DNA of 31,382 nt. It comes from Octopus sinensis. Taxonomy: Eukaryota. A program made the translations under genes and the position numbers. Shown here one piece after another: positions 1 to 12,431 of this stretch (positions are counted from its first letter, which is position 1; the number at the start of each line of letters is the position of its first letter). The notes under the pieces are model-generated. The model was not told where the DNA came from. It worked only from the letters and a program-made list of their open reading frames with translations, and searched no databases. The DNA lies in assembly GCF_006345805.1 (NCBI RefSeq), contig NW_021832308.1, positions 1 through 31,382 of the forward strand. Direction: 5' to 3'.

Positions 1-971
1 ATTAAAATTCGACACTTATTCGTTTGTTGGATTACCTTACAACTTTGGACAGCCACATCAATGAAAAGTACTGTCGAAGAAGATTGTAGTTAAATTCGAC
101 GATCGAAAGCTTGTAGATTAAAACGTTTCTACAAAAGATAACAAAAGAGAAACCACCAATAACGTAGATCACATAGTCCATGTGTAGTCTGGAGCATAAG
201 AATCTGTTCTCGTTACGGGTCATTATCGATCAAGTAACGCAGATGACCTATGATCACCTGGATTTTTTACGGAAAGTTCGTTATGTCAAAATCTGTGACA
301 AAGTTGAATGTCGGGAATCCGCAACTAAGTTTGATCGAAGGACCCACACAAGCTTACAATCAGTCAGTGATTATCCGAAAAACACTGGAGAGTATTTATA
401 CAGAAAATAAGTTTAGAATGATCCCGCCGAGAGAACGCCAAAAGTCGCGGTTTACAAATATAACAACGGAGAAAGCTTTGCCGAGTGTGCCTATTGAGTC
501 AAACTTGAGATTAAAAACTTTATCCTAACCATTTTGTTTAAAAAATTGAAATGACTTAAAAAATTTGTTTAAAAATCTAAAAAGTTGACATAATTGATCA
601 AAAAACTTTATAGAAACTTTTTTTGGCATTTTTATAAATTAATCAAGGCAGTAATAGACATTAATTGAAAAATAATTTTATTTGGATTTTTATTTTTCAA
701 TTTTTGTGAAAAATTGAATGTAATACTTTTCTAAAAGAAAGTAAAGCATCTAATGAATTGTCCAAAAAATGTATTTAAGAATGCAGCTTAATTCTATTCA
801 AAATAATAAATTTTATGTTCGATGATACTTTTTAGACTTCGAGAGACTTTTATAAAATTTTTACAGAATTTAATTTGTCTGGTAAAACCAACACTGCTAA
901 AATAGCAAGTAATAGTTGAAATTAATTAAGACCAAAAAAGGAAAATAAAATTAAAGTTAACGTAGAATCGG

Positions 972-1788
972 TCATGAATCATCAATTTCCACATATCCAG
1001 TTATGCATAGAATATTATATGGCTCCATGAGGTCGCATTTATCGCAGGCTATTGATAATTAAGTAAGACATACAATATGTTTCAGACAATGTTAGAATTT
1101 TTATTGAACGCCATTTACTTCTCAGTATAACATCTGTAGTATCAAAATATAGATAAGAATCCTTCATTGTAACCCTATATAAGAAAGTCTCTGAATACAT
1201 TGTATACTCTTCCAACTCGCCATTGTATATGCACATCTTGTTCGATGAAGACATGCTAAACAATGATTGACTAAAATACCGAATAGATGTCTTGGTCTTA
1301 AAATTAGGTTGTTTAAAAATGGAGTTCTGTGGCATTATTCTTTAGAATTAAAAATGATTATTACATTGTTTTTAAAAGGGTGAGATCTGAGAAAGCATCG
1401 ACGTCAATAAAATTCAAATTATCACAATATTCCAGATCGCTAATGATTATAAGTGTTTAGATGTACATTTCAAGCAATTTAGGCAAATTGTCAAAAGAAT
1501 GTGCCCATATTTCGTAAAATGAACTGGATTGACACTGACTATTATTAATATAAAACTTTTCAGTACAAGATTGCTGCATCTCTAAATTCAAACTCGGAAT
1601 TCCATTTTGGTGGGGAATTCAGTATTTTTATAGTTCGTGGATTATCACCCCGTTCGAATAATGAATAATAGCAGTCACAGTTAAAACTAACACAAATTAA
1701 TATTCATAAAAAACTCTCCAATTTGGCTTAAATTATTTGCAGTTAAATTATTTATTAAAATTAGAGCAATAAGATAAAATCCGAGCAT
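972..1788 (-). CDS. Secreted/membrane leucine-rich-repeat protein resembling the glycoprotein-hormone-receptor (LGR type A) ectodomain; multi-exon, 3' end unresolved
   Basis: ATG at 1788 starts a signal-peptide-like MLGFYLIALILINNLTA. Phase-2 GT-AG introns at 1714-1687 (28 nt), 1566-1539 (28), 1466-1440 (27) and 1364-1340 (25) remove all stops; candidate in-frame introns lie at 1279-1256 and 1198-1175 (24 each). Exons of 72 and 75 nt encode SSFYEIWAHSFDNLPKLLEI and DLEYCDNLNFIDVDAFSDLTLLKTI, like TSHR/FSHR LRRs. The stop is at 1039 or, with a 25-nt intron 1073-1049, at 972. Confidence 0.6.
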
Positions 1789-2018
1789 TTTGTAAATTGA
1801 CAATATTTTATTATTATTTAAATGGTTTTTAAAAATGAATTTATATATTATTTTTATTAAAATATCAAATAAATCCAACTTTATGAGAAAATCATTTTTC
1901 TTAAAAAGTTAGAAAATGCTAATTCTTACGGACAAGCCACCATTCTTGAAAACGCAAATTATTTTTGCTTCCCTAAAATTATCTAAAATGATTGTAGCAT
2001 GTTTTAGATTATTCTTTT

Positions 2019-2564
2019 ACAATCCTCACCGAAACAAAAGTAGAATATAACAAGCCAGATATCTTTGTCCACGACAAAGTCAGAAACGAAATAAATCTAA
2101 TTGAAGTGGGTATTACTTCACAGGATCGCCTCAAGCAAGTGGAGGTTGAAAAGTGTCACAAGTATGACCTATTGGCAAGTGAGCTTTCGCTTCTGTATAG
2201 CTGTCAAGTAAAAATAATTCCTGTGGTTATGACATGGGATAAAGTTGTCTCGAAATGCTTCAAAAATTATATGAAGAAACTATCTATTGAAGCAGGAACG
2301 AGGACATACATCCAATCCGTTGTACTGAAAAGAACGCTCAAGAGTATGATGATCGAACACAAGCACGGAATGAAGGTATCTGGTGAAGAATACGCTTCTG
2401 CTTCCAACCGGTATGTGGAGATGACATGCAAAAATGAAGACGACCCAATGAATGCTAAAGAAGATGCAATGGTTGAATCAGATGTGGTAGTGGGGAGTAA
2501 GAGGCAGCTGGAAGTAGACTCTTCTTCCAAGAGAAGGAGAGTGGATATCAGCGAGCTGGAGTGA
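2019..2564 (+). mobile_element. 5'-truncated non-LTR retrotransposon fragment: restriction-like endonuclease (RLE) C-terminus, R4/Dong-like
   Basis: The frame is open from about 2019: ...YNKPDIFVHDK...LIEVGITSQDRLKQVEVEKCHKYDLLASEL...IIPVVMTWD, which is the PD-(D/E)xK RLE signature (PD, EV, K..KY..L). No RT domain upstream. Confidence 0.8.
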
Positions 2565-3049
2565 GATCTGCTTAGTTTCTGATTAACTATTAATTTATTA
2601 TTGGTTTAAAAACGTTGACCCAGAGCGTTCATTTGGTCAGCATTTGAGTTGGGTGTTTAGGCTAATCGTTTAAAACTGTTATTTAACAAATGTTTTAATG
2701 AGGAATCGAACCTGGATATGACAATAAATTATATTGAAGGCCGGTATTAAAGACAAGAGAGAGTGAGGTTAACACAAATACGAAGCACACACCATTGCAA
2801 AGGATTTGTAGACTTAAAGTAAATCTTCTTTTTATGAATTGGTTATACTGACTATTTGTGTTATTTTTATGATGGTGTGATAGATGATGTTTATTTTATT
2901 TTGTTTGAGAATAATGTTCTGGTTAAGAATGACACTAATAAAGTCGAGTGTTAAACATAATGAAAAACCACAAGACTGAAATATAACTGAAAAAATCTTT
3001 GCCGTGAACACAGAACGCATGATATTTGGTTTGATTTCTCTCGCTAGTT

Positions 3050-3800
3050 TCAATACACGTTTTTTCTGACGACTCACAAAACTGGAGAACGTTTCTATGG
3101 GGTATTGTAACTCTATTTCGCTGCAGAAATTACAAGACGCTTCCATACAAAGAATATACTCTCTATGGGATTTATAAAGGAAAGTATTGTAGTAAATTTT
3201 AATATTAAAATTTGGAATGACTTCAGTAATTCTTTATAATGGTGTATCGATAATTATCTATTATAAATAATGGACCTGGCTCTCTTTTTTCGCACGCATA
3301 CAAACTGAAAATCCTACTTCATCCAGAAAAATGATGCTCTTATCTTCGATTTCAATTTGTAAGCGTCGAAAATTATTCGCATAATTTTTCAAGTTCAATG
3401 GTAGCATTACATTTTGCCTCACTGGTATTTTCACAATTTGTTTCACTGTGTAGTGAAAGTCTTCTGTTGATAGACTCGGACTGATATTTATCCGATATTC
3501 AGAAAACAGCATGTCTTAGTTTTGATAGTGTCAATAATGGATTATCATCGACGCATTAAGAATTTATTGCTTGTATAAATCATTCAATTTAGAAAAATAA
3601 TCTCCACCACGAGATTTGCTCTCAATATTTCTGGATTTTCTCAATTGACAAAGTATTCGGCTTATGAAGGATTGAGGCATATTTATATAGTCACTTATTT
3701 CTTTGTTAGATTTTTCATTAATTGAATGTTCAACAATCAGTTTTTTGGTTGAAAAAGATATAGTATTTCTTTTTTGTCCATATATAGCTCTCACTCTAAC
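3050..3800 (-). mobile_element. Decayed Tc1/IS630-like DNA transposase
   Basis: N-terminal HTH (KSNKEISDYINMPQSFISRIL...RGG), first catalytic Asp motif IIFLDEVGF, and C-terminal FINPIESIFFVWK (catalytic Glu, about 3130-3180). Frameshifts and an internal deletion are present. Confidence 0.75.
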
Positions 3801-6800
3801 ATAGAATTTTCCGAAAACCGTTAATTCTTGCTTATATGCGAAAATTAGCACTAATGTTTGGTGCATTAACACTAATGCTTGCGCTTTTAACGCTGTTGGC
3901 CTCAAGAATAGCTCTGAAACATGCAATTTTGAAGACTATTGTAGGAAATGTAAAGAAAAGGAGTGTGGTGCATAGAAAAATCAATTTTCGAATATTTTTA
4001 AAGGCATAAACAAATATGATTTATCCCTTTCCAATTAATATATTGAATTAGTCAATAATGAACCAAAAGATTTTGAAAATATTGATTTGGAAATTCGACG
4101 TGTATATTATCTAAATATAAAATTTTTCTGAAATTGGCTAAAAAAAGAGACTGTAAATAAGTCGAACTAGAGAATGAGTCTTACTTCAATTAATATGAAA
4201 AGCGAAAATATGTTGTTTCAATTTATTGATGATTTTAAAAGAAAATCGAACATCTCTTTAAAAGAATGGAATCTTGCGGGTCTTAAAAGCAAAAAAATAT
4301 GATCGCTTGATTTCTATCTTTGAAGTATAAATTGAATCTAACTCGAGCTGATATCAAACCTTTCAAAGAATCGCAGGAAAAGTTTTTCTCTTTAAATGAT
4401 TTGATAGACTGCATCTACTGGCTTCTTAGCAATTGCTGAGAAATATTAACGCTTCTTATCTAACATTTAGGCCAAACAACGCAAGATTTAAAATAAACTA
4501 TAAAACGGTTGTTTTCAAGCGAAAAACACACTATTAACTTAAAAGAAAAACACATGACTTGTTACTTGTGCTGGCATATCTCATTGTTAAGAATGGGCAG
4601 AGTGGAAAATTACACGTGATTTGGAATAGTTGTCTGCCTCAAACTCGCGCTAGCTAAGTTTTCGGATATGCCATTTCGGTGACATAAGCACATAATAGTT
4701 TGGATGTGATATTAGTACAGTTAAACTGCTCCAGATTGTGCTAATCAAATCCATTGGCACTGCAAAGGGAGTGAGATGGCTCTTATTTTCCTGGAGACCT
4801 ATTTTGGCCAACTACCTGGTATATATTCATACACCAACAATTACCCCGGAGGCATTTCATTTACATTATTCACAGACCTTATGGAGACTGTATGTCTTTA
4901 TTCTTGCAAAATTGGTGGCTGTTGATCGCGTGTTTGTATTTACATAGGTTGTATAGGATAGGACGACTTTACATTGGCAGCAGCTCATGATTACTGCCAA
5001 TCAATTTAGTATACAAAAAATGTGTCATGGAGCCGAAAAATAGGTGTATTACCAGTGTATCAGTGTGTCATTAATCAATCAATATATCAACCAAAAAGAT
5101 GGCAAAAACATAGATTGATGTGAAGTAAGTTTTCGATTCTGTTAATAACAACTTTTTAGACTATTTGTTACCTTGGCTGTTTTATTCAAAGCCTGATAAA
5201 GAAATGGAAAATAAGATTTAATTTTGGTTTCCAAGTCATTAGAAGTGAAAATCAAAAGAGAAATTTTGCAAGGAAACTTTCTGTTGCCACAAATCTTTGT
5301 TATTTGATCCTTCAAGTCAAATTTTGGATAGCAAAATATCTGAAAGTAACATTGGGGATAGGATATGCTCACTTAGTCTATGTAGCAAATCATCTGCTCT
5401 TATAAATTGCATCTTTTTTTATGAAGCTCGCTAACGAATACTGATATCTGGGCTAAATTTGATATCGAACCTGAAAAATTTAAATAAAGTGATATTAATG
5501 TTCACAGAATCCTTACGGAGAAGCATATTCAATTGCGACCGAAAGAAGGTTCAAGTTCGTTAGCCACAAATCTAAGCAAATTCTTTTTCTATTTTATCAT
5601 GACTTGAAACATTAAGCCAATTACTGTCTGAAGAATTATGTAAGTCGTTAATTCAAAAACACACACATGATCTCTATCGTAGAATTCATTTCCCGAAACT
5701 ACAATATTACAAATGTTAATGATTTGAGCTTATTATCCAGTTGGATATGATTTTCTCAACGTGGAAATATGAAAGTGGTCATGAAAACCAATCGTCCGGA
5801 TACTCTTAATCAAGAATGAGAGACTTCATAAAAGTTGTATTCAATAAACATTAAAAAAATTTCAAAAAAGTGCATGGCTAATAGGCGAGCGGAGATTTCT
5901 ACAAAAAAGGGTTTTTCGACCGCTGCAAATAATTCCTGCAAAAAGTAAATAAGCCAGCTGATTTGACAATAACCCAAATTTAATTAGATCTAAAACTTTT
6001 TTATAGAATGGAATGAAAACATTTTAATAAAATCTAGTTCAGTAGATACTTGTTCCGGACATCGACCACCATTTTTTTATTAACCGCGGAAACCGCAGTC
6101 CGACGTAGTTGAGCTGATCCTTGGACTCTCGACTACTCTTCTACCTTACCTAGCATCCCACCTTTTCTCTACTTTTCCTATCTCGCTTAGTAAAAATTTT
6201 ATTATTCTAGTAAATATTTAGTTAGTAGGTTAATAGCACTTCCGTCTTGCCATAGACACGTTTTTGTGGGCACATGGCCAGATTTTTTTGTAAAAAAATA
6301 AAATAATAGTAAAAATAAAACATTAAAATTTAATCAATTAAAATTTATGAATAATAGGTTTTGTTGGCCTTCGAAAAGGCCTCGTGAGACAACCAAAACG
6401 TAGCTGACCCGACTCCTTTCGTCCCCCAACCCCTTGTCCAGCCATCTGGGGACCCAGTTGGGCAGTGACCCAATATTTCACAATCGAGTATTTTTTCACC
6501 ACGGTTTGGGCTAGCATGTTGTAACTGAGTTTTAAACAATACCAGAGAAAGTGTCCGAAAAAGTTATACGTTCAATTCTGAGAGAGAAAATGGCAAATTT
6601 TCAAGGCGCATATTCTACAGTTACGGAGATTACTTTGTATATTTTATTGATACAGACTGTGAGTGGAAACGGGCACTTTTTTAAATCACTTTCAGAATAT
6701 TTCACAGATCCTTGGCTAGTACATTGGCGAGTACTTTCTCCACATGACTTGAGAACATCATAGTCGACAACTTTGTGCATGCGCACTTTAATAAATAACT

Positions 6801-7879
6801 AAAATCCCCCTTTATAGTAAAGTCAAAGAGTCTAATAAAGAGAAAATTAGCATGGGGGCAAACAGGTGCAAGCCATGCCCTTCTATATTCGAATAGTTCT
6901 TGAACTTTTTGAAAATCTAGCCTAGTTAGCTCAATTAATAATAATCTTGAGCCCGGTGATGAAATTTTGGAAGATTGTTTGATAAAGTCCTTAATGAACG
7001 TAAAAGGGACGTTCCCGCACGCCCGTGCTTGACTTGATCACAGTGTCGCGATTACAGAGAAGCTCCAATCCGCTGATACTTTATGCCCGTTTTTTGATGT
7101 TTCTAAAATACAACTAAGCTTGATAAAAGAATTGTGCTCTCTTGGTTTGTAATTTACATAAATTGAGTAAGCTACCCAATAAGACACTTAAATTAAATTT
7201 AGAAAGGATTATCTGAGGAAAACTTGGCAACTTTAAGATATAATGCACTATAAACACAGATTCGAATTCTTTGGTAGCTAAAGACCTAAGAGGAGTTTGC
7301 AAATTATAAATCCAAAGATAAACACTTGTGCGCAAACTGAGCATATTTTCGTGTGACTATAAAATACTCGGGTTAATTGTATTTACCTATAAAACTCGAA
7401 ATTCGATGTAAATATAATTTTGTTAATCCAGAAGTTCAAAAGGGGTGAATCCATGTGGAGGAAGTACTCGCCATTTAATTATAAATATATAATAATACAA
7501 ATTTCCTGTTGTTTAAATTAAAAATAAGGAAACGTGGGAGAAGAAAGTCAGTAAACTCTGTCTCCGTATATGGTTATAGTCAATAAACAGGAGAAGGGAA
7601 TATGAAAAGCAAAGGAGAACAAAGCAGCAAAAAAAAATTGTAGAGAAAGTCCTCAAAAAGCAGGTTGGACGGAAAAAGAAATTGAAATCCGCCGTTTCAG
7701 AACAAGTCAGGATGATTTCCACTCTCTTCACGAAATCGGGAACTTTAATAAGTTACTTCGAGAACTACGAACCGGCAGAGAAGATATACAAGTATAAATA
7801 CGCACTCGATAATTCAGTCCACCTTAGCCACGAGAAATGACCTGTGGGGCGGCTGGCTGTTCGAATTCGAGGAAATACT

Positions 7880-8167
7880 CCTTTTCTTGTGTCTGGAAAC
7901 TAAATCTGCTGCTAAGAAGGCTGAATATTTAAAGCTATTTAAATATTCTGCCCTTCGGATGAGTTTTTCGTGGTGCCGATAGCGGTGGAGACGTCGGGTG
8001 CTCTTGGTCCAAAGACGGAAAAATTCCTCCGCAAGCTCGGGGTCAAAATCTCTATGCGCACTCGCGATCCTCGCGAGGTAGACTGGCTTCTTCAACGGTT
8101 CTCGATCGCCGTCATTAGGGGGAACAGTTTGGCAATCCGCCAGGCTGCTAGCCCTCCCTTTGATTAA
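7880..8167 (+). mobile_element. 3' relic of a CRE-like RLE retrotransposon
   Basis: SAAKKAE...KY...PIAVETSGALG...WLLQRFSIAVIRGNS matches the C-terminus of the element at 25695-28548 (PIVVETSGVFG...LIQRILLAVMRGNS). One frameshift. Confidence 0.8.
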
Positions 8168-8208
8168 TCTTTTATCACTTTTGCTTGAACTAAATGAAAT
8201 TTGCGTTT

Positions 8209-8705
8209 AGCGGCCCCGGAGTATGACAAGATTCAAATGGTCTGTTTTAAAAATGCGCCGAATTTTTTGGTGTTTTTGCTTACAAACCTTTTCAATTCCA
8301 GTCTGTAGAAAGTATACGTTTCCAAATCATGAAAAAAATGAATTTTGAATGGTTCGAAAACCTAAGAAACATAAAGAAAAGGTCTTAAGCTATAGGCATA
8401 TAAGCCTAATTTGTTCTACTTTAAAGAAAACAAGAAGATCATTTATAACAGGCTAGTATTGAATATAGAAAAGAATCACTGACTTTTTCACAATCAGTGG
8501 AGTTTTCGTCCGGGGCGGTTCTGTGCTAACTACATCTATCGACTGAATTCTTTAGTATCCAAAGCACAGAATTCTGCTTATCGACCACTATCATCTGTTT
8601 CGATGTGTCGAATGGTTTACACAGTGTCTGTCACTCCGTATTGGTAGAAAATCTTAGAAACTGTCAAATTGATGCAAAAACACTTGGCTGGTCAGCGAGT
8701 TTTCA
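8209..8705 (+). mobile_element. Degenerate non-LTR reverse transcriptase fragment (CR1/L2/Jockey-like RT subdomains 0-3)
   Basis: Conceptual translation through stops and frameshifts gives APEYDKI...LTNLFNSSL...NQWSFRPGRFC...ICFDVSNGLHSVCHSVL, corresponding to the canonical QxGFRxGRST and DxSKAFDxVxH motifs. Confidence 0.7.
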
Positions 8706-8729
8706 AGTTTAAAAATTTGAATATATAAA

Positions 8730-10614
8730 TGTCACCGGCCACAACTGTTACTCCGCCAGATATGTTTACACCAACATCAAATTGTCAAGTTGGAAAAAAC
8801 TTAAAACATGAATCCTTTGGTATATTTCTATGAAATCAAAGAAAACTTATAAATTTTTAAAAAATATTGATGTTTTTTTAAATTACAAATACACGTTAAA
8901 AATGCGTTTAGTGCAAGTAACAAAGGAAGACTTAGAATTACTTAAGGAACTTAAGAGCAATCCTGAGCTCGTATTCGTCAGCAGGACGCTTTCGCGGATG
9001 CAAAGATCAAGACTACTGAAATTAGCAAATAAATTTGATTTTTTGGATGGAGCTCCATATATCACTAAAGATGGACTTAAATTAAGATTTTTCTGCAGCG
9101 ATGAAGCTGAACTTAAAGATAAATATATTGAAGTTTGCATAATAAATGTTTATTTCAATTGGCTGAACATAATTTGAATCATTTTGGTCGAGACCGGTTG
9201 TTTTCAAAATTGGCGCGCTTATACCACGGAATATCACGTGCAGAGATCAATCGTGTCATAAAACGATGTATTCCTTGCCAGTTTTAAGTTTTTTTTATTA
9301 ATTTTTTAGTCAAAAAAATCATTGGCTACTAAACCCCCAGTTACGCCGATCATTGCAAGGCGGAGTCGCGATCGGTATATCGCCGATTTAGTGGACCTAA
9401 GGAGATATTCAGATATTAATGATTCTTATAACTGGGTACTTTTGGCTATATAAAGATTAGATTCTTGTAATGTCGATTCTTTTTCGAAATTCGCGATAGT
9501 TGAGTTATCTTTTACCAAAAGAGCTCATGAAATTGCTTCGTTATTTCAGAACATCTTTTATTATATTGGGCCACCATTGATCTTGCATACAGACAATGGT
9601 AAAGAATTTTGCAATGACCATGTCGCCCGTTTATGTGAAAAGTACAAAATTAAACATGTCCGTGGACGACCAAGGCTCCTTGGGTACAGGGACAGGTGGA
9701 AAGGTTGTAAGATAACATTATTCTTTAGACTAAATCAGAGTATCAAAAGATGGATTTCATCTAAAAGTTACTCTGATGAATGTTTTGGACGCTATTGCGA
9801 TATAATCAAAGACATTGTTTTTGATTATAACAATACTGTCCATTCCACCACAAAAAAAGTCCCATTTAATCTATTTATGGGCATAAAATATCCTATTGAA
9901 ACATCAGAGGAGGAACTAGAATCATTGTTATTGCAAAATGATGACATAGAATATTTGGAAGAGGAAAGGAATGAAGCGTATGTAAATATTCTGTTGGCAG
10001 CTGATAAAATGGCTCAGAGAAGAAAATGGAAGTATGACGAGGCTACTTTTAGTGTAGGAGAGATAGTAATCTTAAGGTATTTGGGATGTATAAACATGTA
10101 ATTTAGGCAAGATAATGACGCTAACAAACGACAATATCCACTTTATGATGGATTAGAGATGGTGAAATACACAATTGTGGCAAAAGACGATTTTGTAGTA
10201 ACAATACAAGTGAGACAGGTGACATGTATGAGAAAATACATGTTTCACGCTTATTAAAATTGGGAATGATCCTCTTTTTTGTGATTCCTTGATAGAAAAC
10301 GTTTTAAACTAATAAGAGGCTTTTAAAATTTTTTTTATTAAAAAAAAAGAATAATTATTTAATAAAAAAAAGATATGGATAAGCCAAAATTAAATAGATT
10401 GCTAAATAATTTAAAACTCATATTTTACACGGTATGTTGGTTTTTGGGAAAAAATTCATGTTTCAGTCCAAATTTTTTCTATTCAGAAAAGCATATTTTT
10501 GCGAACAATTAGGTTATGTTTTGTATTAATTTTTAATTTTAAAAGTTTATATTTCTATTTATATGAATTTTTAGTGTAACATATCTGGCGGAGTAACAGT
10601 TGTGGCCTGTGACA
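8730..10614 (+). mobile_element. GingerRoot/Ginger-like integrase-type DNA transposon, 1885 bp, with TIRs and a 6-bp TSD
   Basis: Left TIR 8730-8771 TGTCACCGGCCACAACTGTTACTCCGCCAGATATGTTTACAC. Right TIR 10574-10614 is its reverse complement with 1 substitution and 1 indel. Termini are TGT...ACA. TATAAA is duplicated at 8724-8729 and 10615-10620. Confidence 0.9.
8830..10257 (+). pseudogene. Intron-containing rve-type transposase of the element (HHCC zinc-binding plus DDE), disrupted by 1-nt deletions
   Basis: Spliced translation gives EHNLNHFGRD...RCIPCQ (HHCC), RYIADLVDL (D), LHTDNGKEF (D) and QGQVER|LNQSIKRW (E). At least five 25-30 nt intron-like inserts. Three single-base deletions are needed to keep the frame. 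Confidence 0.8.
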
Positions 10615-11380
10615 TATAAATATGTGAATATATAAATATCTCAAAAAAGTTCATATAAATTAAATTATTTTTTTATATTTAAAATTCTTTGAAACGCACA
10701 AAATATGTCTAAGGTTGGGAAACTATGAATTATCCTAAGGAAAAAACAATGTACACAAATTATTATCTGCCTAATTGAATTTCGTCTACTTTCGGAGACT
10801 GCTATTTATTTATCGGGCAGCTATTCTTCCTGTGTTGATGTATGTGAGGGCAAACCTTGTCCTCTTCTAAAACAAGAATCATCAAATTAGTTGAGAAAAC
10901 AAGGAGATTAACGTTCAAGGCGGCCCTTAGCGTGAATTTGATAGACGAAATTCCGAACTGGTACGAAACATTATCGATAATTGTTAAAAACCAGTTCCAG
11001 AAATTTCTAGACAAGAGAAGAAAATAAATATGAACGACTTACATTGCCTACAACTGGCCCTTAATTTTTATGTCAGCTATTTATCAATTATGGCCAAATC
11101 CACAATCCACAGAGTCAAGTAAAATTAAATCTCGTGGGACTTAAATGACGCCAAATTTGAATATTTTAAATCCTTAAATAATGAAAATAATTTTTTTAGA
11201 TACTGTAAATTAGATTATCACGAGATGATCTTTAATACAACTATTTCTGATTCCCAAAAAGATAAATTAAAATTTCAATAGCAAATATCTAACAGGATGA
11301 GAGAGATGTGACTGTGGACGGGATTCCAGTCAAATGCTAATTCTGGCACAAAAGATTGAGTTGTAAAAAGAATTGATTCG

Positions 11381-12416
11381 TCAGATTGAAAGAAACCGTT
11401 GAGCGACAACTCGTCTACGAAGAAAAATATTTGGGTGCGCTCTGTTAAAAGAACTGTTCAACAGCTTATGCCAACCCTCCAATGAATTGGTCGTCCTGGG
11501 CATTGACTTTAATACTCGATAAAAACAACTCCAAAAACTGACGTCATAAGATGGGTCAGCAATAAATTGGTTTTGAAAATAAACCAAAAAATTCATTATC
11601 TGTTGGTTGTTTTCTTTTTTTGTCGCATCAAGAGAAAATTTTTCAAATTCCATTAAAACATTTTCCACAGGGATGAAAGCTAAATGGTAGCATTTTCTCA
11701 ATAATTTTCGTTCCCACGATGAAACGTCTTTGTAGGCTCCCACAAGACCAAGACATTGTATTTTCCGCCATATGATTTGGCCGAAATGGAAATTGCAGCC
11801 AAATACATAGACGACGAAAAAACTGATTTTGTGGATTAATTACCCCTTTTCAAAATCAATTAAAATACCTGCTGGTGAAGTAACAACAAGTGTCTTTATT
11901 TCTTCAAATAATGCACAGTAGGAATTTTCTGTTTTGTTGAGCAAAAGAGCGTGCGCAAGAGGCCAGAATTTACCTAAGTATTTCCTTGTATTGTAATCAT
12001 TTGTTCGAATTGATTAGGCACGCTTTTAAAGGTACCATCAATAACCCAGACATCTGATTTTTTTCAAAATGTCAATCTGATAATCCGAACAAAAAATGAC
12101 GTAACGATTTACATCATTAATTCCAGAATCCTGCGATAAAAAATTTCGCCCCGATCATTATACCACAAACTTTCAGGAATTTCAGGAATGGTCGGAACAA
12201 AATTTGTATCAGTGTTTCTCTTTCCCGTTGAACGAGACGAGTCAATGAACGTTCCTTTGGCAAGATTTTAATGACGTCAACATTGGCTCCAATGAGGCTT
12301 CTTGACACCACATTCATAGTTCTGTCTTCTGACGCCTTTGCGGAATCTTTCAGGTCAGAAACTAGTTTCATGCTTTTTATCTCATGATCCTCAAAGGGGC
12401 CATGATTATTTAGCAT
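11381..12416 (-). mobile_element. Decayed Mutator-like (MULE) transposase
   Basis: WVIDGTFKSVP (D), ILIDFE (D), GCNFHFGQ (CxxH) and PRTTNSLEGWH (E). Frameshifts and an in-frame stop are present; the 5' end abuts another element at about 12430. Confidence 0.85.
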
Positions 12417-12431
12417 TTTTTGTGCTCAACT

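Noticed and set aside
180-528. Plus-strand ORFs as piggyBac or other genes
   Set aside because: No convincing catalytic motifs; may be the antisense of a decayed 3' part of the LRR gene.
3960-7810. Scattered 60-76 aa ORFs and coding-like patches
   Set aside because: No recognisable domain or consistent splice model; probably old repeat or gene debris.
7916-7959. Inverted repeat GAATATTTAAA-GCTA-TTTAAATATTC
   Set aside because: 11-bp AT-rich arms inside a decayed retroelement coding region; no evidence of function.
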